Shown piece by piece: positions 56,813 through 64,000 of a stretch of DNA of 64,000 bases (positions within the stretch are counted from its first letter, which is position 1; every line of letters starts with the position of its first letter). This DNA comes from a virus (lineage: Duplodnaviria > Caudoviricetes). The notes under the pieces were generated by a model, which saw only the letters and a program-made list of their open reading frames with translations, did no database searches and had not been told where the DNA came from. The stretch lies in IMG/VR virus record IMGVR_UViG_3300009671_000009, positions 64,001-128,000 of that record, one strand, 5' to 3'. Position numbers and translations under genes: made by a program.

Positions 56813-57600
56813 CTGACCACTCTCCTATATTCATCAGCCCATTTGTTCCAGATCTGATAGAAGGGAGCTTTAGTGCTACCAGTCCACGGTTTAGTTTCTT
56901 TAGATCCAGCAAAGTGCATTATCTTTATATCCTCTGGCTTGATACCAAGTCCTGTAGATAAAGATACGTTATATGCAAGGTCTACTGTCTTTACCCTGCC
57001 TTTGCATGTCATGTTTATGACGTCCTGATCATGACAGCCATAAAGCTTGGCATTTATTTCTTTTAGCCATGTGTCACATAAGCTGAGATTTCTTATCTCT
57101 TTCCAGTTAAAAAGCATTACGCCTGCGTTGAGGTATGGATCTTTTTCTGTAAGACCTATGTTGTATAACATATATTTGTATTGTGGTAAATATATTCCAC
57201 TATCAATTACTCCTGCAATCAAGTTATCTTCAAGATCCATATTAAAGAAATCGGACAGATTCCCATTGACTATTGCATCCGCATCGATATAAAGAATTCT
57301 ATCGTCTGTAATTATCTTGGGTAGTACTAGTCGATATAGGGTATATTTTGTAAACCGCCCGTCAACATTAACGGTACTTGGAACAAACTCATTATACAGT
57401 TTTTCTACATTTAAGTATATATACTCATAGCCTTCACCGAAGGTTTTTTGAACTTTGGAAAATTCATTCAAAGTAGATTCACTGAGGAGATCAGAAACCA
57501 AGTACACCTTGACAGGCGCAGGATTGTTTTTGAATATCGCGTATAACTCAACTGCTACTGCTTTTGCCCAGTCTTCGCTAAACACCAATACAATGTTCAT
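56809..57600 (-). CDS. GT8 glycosyltransferase
   Basis: YRL..P, RILYIDAD, YLNAGVML.N, HDQDVIN, MHFAG..KPW. Confidence 0.93.
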   Translation of the reverse strand: MNIVLVFSEDWAKAVAVELYAIFKNNPAPVKVYLVSDLLSESTLNEFSKVQKTFGEGYEYIYLNVEKLYNEFVPSTVNVDGRFTKYTLYRLVLPKIITDDRILYIDADAIVNGNLSDFFNMDLEDNLIAGVIDSGIYLPQYKYMLYNIGLTEKDPYLNAGVMLFNWKEIRNLSLCDTWLKEINAKLYGCHDQDVINMTCKGRVKTVDLAYNVSLSTGLGIKPEDIKIMHFAGSKETKPWTGSTKAPFYQIWNKWADEYRRVVR

Positions 57601-57602
57601 TA

Positions 57603-58004
57603 TTATTTCTCCTTGCTGCGTAGTGTATCTTTTCTGCCTGACTTAACAATCCTCATTTTTATGTACTCAACAGAAAGCTCTTTGGTGTAATCGATACATA
57701 TAAGAGTAATACCAAGCTTCTTACAGAGTTCTTTTTTGAGACGGTCACAAGTCTTCAGATATTCAAATTGTTTTTTGTTTTTGAAGAAAAACTTGGAGTA
57801 CCTGCTATGTTGTTTGCCCTGATGCTCAAAGGCAATCTTGAGATCTGGATAGTAAATGTCTAATTGGAGGGGCTGTTTCTTGGGGCTGACAAGAAAAGAA
57901 TAGTAACCATTTCTAATATAATATTCTCCAGGATAGATTTTCTCTAAGATTTTGAATAGTCTACCTTCTCTGACGGGTTTAACTCTTTTGCTCATTGGCT
58001 TCAC
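57603..58004 (-). CDS. Vsr/DUF559-like endonuclease
   Basis: LQLDIYYPDLKIAFEHQGKQH...D..K...C...GITLI.I. Confidence 0.75.
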   Translation of the reverse strand: MKPMSKRVKPVREGRLFKILEKIYPGEYYIRNGYYSFLVSPKKQPLQLDIYYPDLKIAFEHQGKQHSRYSKFFFKNKKQFEYLKTCDRLKKELCKKLGITLICIDYTKELSVEYIKMRIVKSGRKDTLRSKEK

Positions 58005-58782
58005 TCAACAATCCAAGCTGCCTTGCTTTAATCATTACCTTCTCTACAGCAGCTCGTCGTTTCAGCCATATCGAATTTCTATGAAAGCCTAGCTTGTTAG
58101 CAATTTCTGTTTCGGTCATGTTGTCAAGATAATATAGTTTAAGTATTAACCTTTCGAGAGGAAGAAGATCTTCAAACGGATCGCCACAAGTGAGCCCATA
58201 AATCCAACTATTGCTGAGTTCTTCTGTGTTGTTAGACGCTAATTTTTCATCAAGATTAACTACGTTACATGATGATTTTGCTACCGTCTTAAATAGTTCA
58301 TCATCAAAATCTCCGATGACTGCAGTGCTTATAGGGTTTTGTAATACTTTCTTAACAAGTCTTGATACTTCGTAAGGAAACGAAGCCGCAATATATGCGC
58401 AAAATCCTTTGTCTACTTTGTACTTATGTACAGACTTTAGAAATATAACAATAAAGTCATGATATAGATCTTCTTCAAATATTTGATTATGTGCACTGTT
58501 AATTATGTATAATGCCTTATATGCAACTTCTCTGGTTTTCTTTGATTGGAAATGTCTTTTGAGACCCGCTCTGACTTTTTGGTCAGCAATGAACAAACTT
58601 ATAAAATGACGGGATTCATAGTCACTGAAATCAAGCACTCCCTTTTTGATGATCTTGATGTATTTGTTGAACAACGGAGCAAACATTTCTATGAGCTGGT
58701 TGCCTGCTTCTTCACATTCTCCGCCCTGATATCGCTTCACTAGGTTTTCAATTTGTTCATAGCGCTCTTCTGAAAAGATCAT
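57979..58782 (-). CDS. Sigma70-family RNA polymerase sigma factor (phage type)
   Basis: Region 2-like EDLYHD....FLKSV.KY....F.AYI and region 4 LERLILKLYY...TETEIANKLG..R. Confidence 0.75.
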   Translation of the reverse strand: MIFSEERYEQIENLVKRYQGGECEEAGNQLIEMFAPLFNKYIKIIKKGVLDFSDYESRHFISLFIADQKVRAGLKRHFQSKKTREVAYKALYIINSAHNQIFEEDLYHDFIVIFLKSVHKYKVDKGFCAYIAASFPYEVSRLVKKVLQNPISTAVIGDFDDELFKTVAKSSCNVVNLDEKLASNNTEELSNSWIYGLTCGDPFEDLLPLERLILKLYYLDNMTETEIANKLGFHRNSIWLKRRAAVEKVMIKARQLGLLSEANEQKS

Positions 58783-59074
58783 GACTCGTCATCCTCTTCG
58801 TCGTCTTCGTCGATAAACTCTTCATCATCTTCCAGTAACTGTAAACCCTCAAGTAAACCTTCGATATCCAACTCTTCATCGTCGTCACAAATCTCGTCTT
58901 CTACAACAAACCCAAGATTCTTTTCTCTAAATCTATTTCTGTCGTTTTCTGTATTGCTCACATAGACCGAATATAAGGTGCCCACTACTTTTTCAAGGAG
59001 TTGTTCATCTACTAGCCTCTTTAGGTCTTCGACGCTATCTACCCTGAAACCTACGTTATGAATATGGAACTCAA

Positions 59075-59569
59075 TCATGATGCTTCCTCCTCTTGAAAGA
59101 AGAAGGCTAAGCCTATAGATATTGCATCCGACACATCTTCTGGAAGATCGCCCTCCAGATTGAGTCTTTCTTTTATGGCTGCTTTAACTTCTGACTTAGA
59201 TGCGTTGCCCTTTTTTGCTTTCTTCTTTGCCGTCTTATTGTTGATAACAATTAGTTCCTTTTTCCTCTGTTCGGCAAGAAGCATAATAACGCCCCGTGCC
59301 CAAGACAAAGCCTTGATTGTATTTACATTAGATCCCAAAAACTGATCCTCAACTGCAACAGCATCAACTTCATTTGCCTCCATAATATCTATTAGCGCAT
59401 CGTATAGATCCTTGAGGCGACGCGATGTTGGTCTTGAAGCAGGAGAATGGATAAGGCCACGCGACAAAACTTTAAGATCGCGTGTTACTACTGCGAAACC
59501 TGTGTTTACGGTTGCTGCATCTAGCGCAAGTATAGTGTTTATGATTTTAGGCAATCTCTTCTTCGGCAT
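59075..59569 (-). CDS. ruvC: RuvC Holliday junction resolvase
   Basis: ILALDAATVNTGFAV, VAVEDQF, ARGVI, GNASKSEV, DVSDAISIG. Confidence 0.92.
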   Translation of the reverse strand: MPKKRLPKIINTILALDAATVNTGFAVVTRDLKVLSRGLIHSPASRPTSRRLKDLYDALIDIMEANEVDAVAVEDQFLGSNVNTIKALSWARGVIMLLAEQRKKELIVINNKTAKKKAKKGNASKSEVKAAIKERLNLEGDLPEDVSDAISIGLAFFFQEEEAS

Positions 59570-60122
59570 TGTAAGTCCATCCTTTGTACGATTTGTATTT
59601 GCCAGAAATAAGCCGATACAGACAGCCTCTGTCTATTTTGTTTTCTCTACAAAACCTAGCAATGTTTGTAATTACAATAGGATCGCCACTAGGATCTCGA
59701 AATCCGTGATAACTACTCCAGTGCGTAGCCTTACCTTTATGAGATTCCGACAATCTTTGTTTAGTTAGCTCAGAGAGTGGCGGATATTTCCTGCCCTTCG
59801 GACTTGGTGGTTTTGCAGCTACAGGATTAATGTTATAACCTCGGGTTAGATTACAACAATCTAGCATATCGATCCACCACTGCTCTCTCGTCAAAAGTAC
59901 GCTCTCATTACATACAACTTCAAGTATACTGAATACAAACGCAGCTGGATTTTTGTTCCAGCTACGTTGTAAATGTAGAGAATGGTGCTTTCCAGTATTT
60001 AGATCAGACCGATGATTTTTCCACCGATGCCTGATGTCTGAAGCACTTCCAATATAAACTTTGCCGTTAAGAGTATTTTCAATACAATATATTCCTGATA
60101 CCTTACTCTTCTTCCTTGTCAT
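59547..60122 (-). CDS. GIY-YIG homing endonuclease with NUMOD3
   Basis: SGIYCIEN..NGKVYIGS...R...H, LQRSWNK, REQWWID, GYNI, LSELTKQRLSESHKG. Confidence 0.92.
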   Translation of the reverse strand: MTRKKSKVSGIYCIENTLNGKVYIGSASDIRHRWKNHRSDLNTGKHHSLHLQRSWNKNPAAFVFSILEVVCNESVLLTREQWWIDMLDCCNLTRGYNINPVAAKPPSPKGRKYPPLSELTKQRLSESHKGKATHWSSYHGFRDPSGDPIVITNIARFCRENKIDRGCLYRLISGKYKSYKGWTYNAEEEIA

Positions 60123-60552
60123 CTTTGCCGTCTCCAGGTGTTTCTTCTTGAACTTCTGGTTTGTTGTTATCTTCTACAACCTGAAACTCAGCGCCGATGT
60201 CTTCGATAATTTTCATTATCTTCATTTGGGTGCCTCCCCACTATTGTTTGTTGACTGGACTATGTGTTTCTGCATCAACATTTTGATGTACTCACTGACA
60301 TAAGTAAGCAATCCGTGAGCAGCTATAAGATCTCCTTGGAGATTAACCATTGGGCCATTGTTGGTAATGGCAGCTTCAATGATACAGATAGCATTAATTT
60401 GTTGTTCCGCTGGCACTTCTTCAACTTTCTCTGCTTCGATATCGATTACATCAGAATCAGAAGCTTCTTCTTTTTGTTTTAATAAAGCGCCTCTTAGTGC
60501 ATCAAGTTCTTCTAGGGTTTTGTCGATTGATTTTTTCTCCATTGTCTTCTCC

Positions 60553-61296
60553 TTATTTCCATACAGTACAATAATTTTTGTAATAACATGAGTTACAAAG
60601 GTAACTCTCTTTTGGATAAAACAGTCCACGGGAAATAGACTTTACAACCTGATCCACTGTAGTGGCCATTCTATCATAGTGCTCTGGCAATCTGTGAGTC
60701 ACGAAAATACGATTGCTTCTTAAGTAGTGAGCAGCAATTCTCTGCTCCTTTGCTCCGAACAATGTTCGGAAAGCATATGAGGTCAATGACAGGTTCAGGT
60801 CATAATCGACGTTCCATTGCGTAGGCAACTGGCTTCCTGTCTTGTAGTTGACAATTTCTATTACTCTTCGTGGCCCATCTTGTAACTCTCTAACTAATTC
60901 GATAATACCAGAAACTTCGTGGTCTCCGATATTAACTACAAACTCCTGTTCAATGGCAAGCGGCATTCCTGGGGCAGTGCAACTGGATTTATAGAAGTTA
61001 TCTACCATCGGTAATGCTTTGTGTCCTGCCTCTGCTCTATCGTTTTTTGGAGTGAGTATGTACTCCATAGGATCCATTTCACCATACCACAAGCTGTTCC
61101 ATTTTTTCTTAATGGAATCAAGATGAGGAATATCTTTATTCATAATCCGATAGTAGAAGTAGTAGATCAGTCGATGTATTTTGTCATTTAGCTCTTGGTT
61201 GACACCTGCATCTTCAGGAATACCATCAGTGTATTTGAACTGATAGTAGAGAGGACATTTGCGATAGCTGTGTATCTCCGCAACACTTATCTTCAC
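60553..61296 (-). CDS. PD-(D/E)XK (RecB/AddB-like) nuclease-fold protein, catalytic motif degenerate
   Basis: SVAEI..Y.KCP..Y, IEQEF, SGIIELV, IVNYKTG (normally GxID and DYKT), CNSCYYKNYC. Confidence 0.75.
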   Translation of the reverse strand: MKISVAEIHSYRKCPLYYQFKYTDGIPEDAGVNQELNDKIHRLIYYFYYRIMNKDIPHLDSIKKKWNSLWYGEMDPMEYILTPKNDRAEAGHKALPMVDNFYKSSCTAPGMPLAIEQEFVVNIGDHEVSGIIELVRELQDGPRRVIEIVNYKTGSQLPTQWNVDYDLNLSLTSYAFRTLFGAKEQRIAAHYLRSNRIFVTHRLPEHYDRMATTVDQVVKSISRGLFYPKESYLCNSCYYKNYCTVWK

Positions 61297-61327
61297 TGTT
61301 TATTTCACCTATAAATATTATATGCTA

Positions 61328-61876
61328 TTACACTATTGCAATTGGATTAAAAACAATTATCCGTTTTTTGATAGTGTCATTGATAAATTCCTGATTGAAA
61401 TCGCCGTATGCATATTCTACTGCAGTGTTTCTAGGATGAATATTTGTATTTTGTCGATCTGTGTCGTAAGCCCAAACTAATAGCTGTGCGCTATGATGAC
61501 AAGCGTTATGTAGATCTGTATAATGACTATCGCTTGCAAAATTGAAATGTATATACCTTTGTTCAGGCGAAATACAGTCAAGGATGTTCTGGGTTCCCTG
61601 AATTACAGTAGATATTAAACGGTCTTTGTCATATGTATCGATACAGTTGATAATGTGGGTAGCGTCAGCTACTGCTAGCTCGACAAAGTAAATGTCTTCG
61701 ACGCTACCCAAGTAGAAGTTGAAGCGGGAATTGCTATGAAGATACCTAAGTTTTTCCATAGAGCCTGTAGACAGATTGTCTATAGCTGTGACGTGCGCAT
61801 CTGGGAATTCATCTAGTATGAACTTAGATACTTCGCTGCCAACATTGCCAGCTCCACCAAATATAGCTACCTTCAT
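61328..61876 (-). CDS. NAD-dependent epimerase/dehydratase-like protein, short or truncated
   Basis: GGAGNVGS, IDNLSTG, GTQNIL; only 182 aa with no YxxxK. Confidence 0.7.
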   Translation of the reverse strand: MKVAIFGGAGNVGSEVSKFILDEFPDAHVTAIDNLSTGSMEKLRYLHSNSRFNFYLGSVEDIYFVELAVADATHIINCIDTYDKDRLISTVIQGTQNILDCISPEQRYIHFNFASDSHYTDLHNACHHSAQLLVWAYDTDRQNTNIHPRNTAVEYAYGDFNQEFINDTIKKRIIVFNPIAIV

Positions 61877-61889
61877 AGCTTACTCCTCC

Positions 61890-62225
61890 TTAGCCTTCTA
61901 CGGTCGCAATAATATCCTTTTCATGTAGCACAAGATACTTAGTGCCATCTATTGTGATATCAAAACCTGCATACCTTGGGAACACTACTGTTTTTCCTAC
62001 CGAGATCTCTGGGTTTACTGGCCGTTTAACGAATGTCCTGACAACATTATCGCCCTCAAGTTTATACCTTTCAGTATAGACACCGTCACCGACCCCTACT
62101 ACTTTACCAAAGATACCAGTTAATTGCTGCTTTTTTCTAAACTCTTCTGGAATATAGAATGATCCGATTTTTTCCTCTGCTTCTTGAACCTCAACAATAA
62201 CCTGCGCACCTTTAAGTTGAATCAT
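61890..62225 (-). CDS. groES: Co-chaperonin GroES
   Basis: VIVE...E.KIGSFYIPE, GKVVGVGDG, VGKTVVFPRYAG.DI.IDG.KYLVLHEKDIIA. Confidence 0.9.
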   Translation of the reverse strand: MIQLKGAQVIVEVQEAEEKIGSFYIPEEFRKKQQLTGIFGKVVGVGDGVYTERYKLEGDNVVRTFVKRPVNPEISVGKTVVFPRYAGFDITIDGTKYLVLHEKDIIATVEG

Positions 62226-63188
62226 TACTGTTTGCCCTCCACACGTTGTTTTCTCTCTAGTTCTTCTAGTGCTTTTCGTTGAGCCTCAGCACGTGCAGCT
62301 GCCTCTTTGCTAGCTTGCTCTGCAAGCTCAATATTCTTGGTTCTGCGACATCCAGTATGCTCGCGGCGTTCTCTGTCTCCAGGCATTGTATCGTCGTTAT
62401 TGGCAGTTGATAGATCAAGAATCTCTTTGCCGCAAATCTTACAATATACTGGAATGCTCTCTTGTTTCATGAACTGATCAATCATTATCCGTTCATGTTC
62501 TGTGTAGTTGGTTTTTGGGTTATTAAAATTTCGTGCCATTTGTTTAATTGCTCCTCACTTGGTCTTGTATAGTGCCACCAATAGTCATAGACATCGGTGA
62601 TATTGTTGCCATAGAACAGCTTAACCATATGCGCCTTCCATGGCGTAAGTCCATTATTTTTCTTGTGGATCTCTGGTTTGTCCTCTACTGGCGTTCTCAT
62701 GGAAAAGCTCCTTTAGTTGTTGTTTAATATCGTCGGGAAGTTTCATTTCAAAGTTTTCACGACGGATCATTAAGGCAATGTCTGATTCTTTATGCGTGCA
62801 TTTATCTACGCTGTAGATACACCTTAGACAACGCTGATAACGATGAGGCGCAGCAGCACGACATTTGTTGCATAACGGACACTGCTCAAGCCATTCGCAC
62901 TCAAATTCAATTATCGGCATCGGCTTCAGCACTTTCTAATACTATTTCTTCATTGTTATTGAAATCTTCGGCTCTAACTAACTCTGCAGTAGCCTTGCTT
63001 CTTTCTTCCGCTTTACTATCGGCATATTTTACAAATCCATTGGCGATAAGCTTTGCTTTAATCCATGCGATTTTCCGCCGATTGTGACGTGACAATGCGG
63101 ACCTTTCGTGAGAAAACTCGTCTTCCATTAGCTCGCGAAATACTTGATGAGCCATAGCCCTCTTTGTTGCTCTACTTACTGTACTCAA
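62225..63188 (-). CDS. Four small hypothetical ORFs
   Basis: 62225-62539, 62485-62700, 62654-62932 (Cys-rich) and 62907-63188, with overlapping packing. Confidence 0.55.
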
Positions 63189-63220
63189 TATGTATCCTCC
63201 TACACCTTAATTAGTTGCTT

Positions 63221-64000
63221 TTACAACAATTGTGCTGCCAAACCTGAGAGTCTTGATCGCTCTGCTTTCTTTAGTGTTACATGAGCGAATTCTTTTTGGC
63301 CTTTAAACCTCTCAACTGTATAAACGAGACCATTGTTTTGACTGTCCAAGTACGGATGGTCAATTTGATGGGGATCACCAATTAATATAACTTTTGTTCC
63401 TTCCCCTGCTCTAGATATCAGAGTTTTAACTTCATTCGGAGTAAGATTTTGCACTTCATCTACTATAATAAATAATTGCGGCAAACTTCTTCCTCTGATG
63501 TAAGTTAACGATGAAAGCTCGACTTGCTTTTTCTCAATGAGTTCCTGCAGGGCATCTTCTGAGCCAAGCATATACTCGAAAGCGTCATAGGCGCTTCCCA
63601 TCCATGGAGCTAGCTTCTCGTCTAGTTCTCCAGGCAGTGCCCCCATGTCTTTGCCGATTGGCACGATAGATTTGTAGTAAATCACTTTGTTGTATACATT
63701 GTTGTCTACTGCTTGAGCACCGCCAGCTGCCAAAGCCAAAAGTGTCTTACCTGTTCCTGCGCTTCCTATTCCTGTAACCAACTGAATCTTTGGGTCAAGC
63801 AATGCTTCCATGAAGAAGATTTGCTCGAGATTTCTTGGGCTAACATCCCACGGTTTATAATCTGTATATTGCAATGCTATAAAGTTTCCATTGCAATATT
63901 TGGCAAGCGCAGTATGTTTTTTGTTACATTCATCCTTTAAGACTATGAATTCATTCTCATAGAACTCCTCATCTTCAAGACAAGGTAGTTTCTTATCTTG
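63221..64000 (-). CDS. phoH: PhoH-family ATPase (5'-partial)
   Basis: GSAGTGKT, LPGELDEK..PW, YIRGRS, VDEVQNLT, RAGEGTK..GD..QID. Frame is open to the window end. Confidence 0.95.
   Translation of the reverse strand, partial: QDKKLPCLEDEEFYENEFIVLKDECNKKHTALAKYCNGNFIALQYTDYKPWDVSPRNLEQIFFMEALLDPKIQLVTGIGSAGTGKTLLALAAGGAQAVDNNVYNKVIYYKSIVPIGKDMGALPGELDEKLAPWMGSAYDAFEYMLGSEDALQELIEKKQVELSSLTYIRGRSLPQLFIIVDEVQNLTPNEVKTLISRAGEGTKVILIGDPHQIDHPYLDSQNNGLVYTVERFKGQKEFAHVTLKKAERSRLSGLAAQLL

Noticed and set aside
871-63940. Numerous antisense ORFs in the six-frame track (e.g. 871-1374, 1957-2388, 7940-8287, 46082-46567, 59412-59768)
   Set aside because: They lie opposite well-supported genes and show no independent coding signals.
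1-64000. Genome-wide TAG recoding (genetic code 15)
   Set aside because: Long core genes are uninterrupted under code 11, and several end naturally at TAG just before the next SD and start. In-frame TAGs were seen only in the 21.6-22.3 kb cassette.

Overview
This window looks like part of a large Firmicutes (probably clostridial, anaerobic-host) phage genome, or a phage-derived element, read with the standard genetic code. It has sigma70/sigmaA-type promoters and strong SD sites. Positions 1-49.7 kb run mostly on the + strand. They hold replication and recombination genes (dnaE, intein-containing class II RNR, ssb, recA, uvrD-like, Prim-Pol, ERF, sbcCD, thyX, UDG, dam), a long tRNA and accessory region (12-27.7 kb) and many small ORFs. 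Positions 49.7-64 kb run on the - strand and hold a teichoic-acid-like glycan cluster, a sigma factor, ruvC, GIY-YIG, groES and phoH. The most unusual signals are: (1) a candidate amber-readthrough-gated translational switch, made of a leader MKL*IGYT*VCRPPP* overlapping an anti-SD hairpin, a downstream Pth2-like gene with its own in-frame TAG, and a tRNA(CUA) about 2 kb away; (2) a radical SAM/SPASM enzyme followed by seven tandem, otherwise divergent proteins that all start MKxRxDFVTNSSSSS[FY]; (3) a 127-nt tmRNA-like gene that keeps the tRNA-like domain but has no room for an mRNA domain; (4) several large structured non-coding RNAs, two with tRNA-like ends; (5) an unannotated orphan VbhA-type antitoxin. 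All family calls come from motif recognition by eye; no searches were run.
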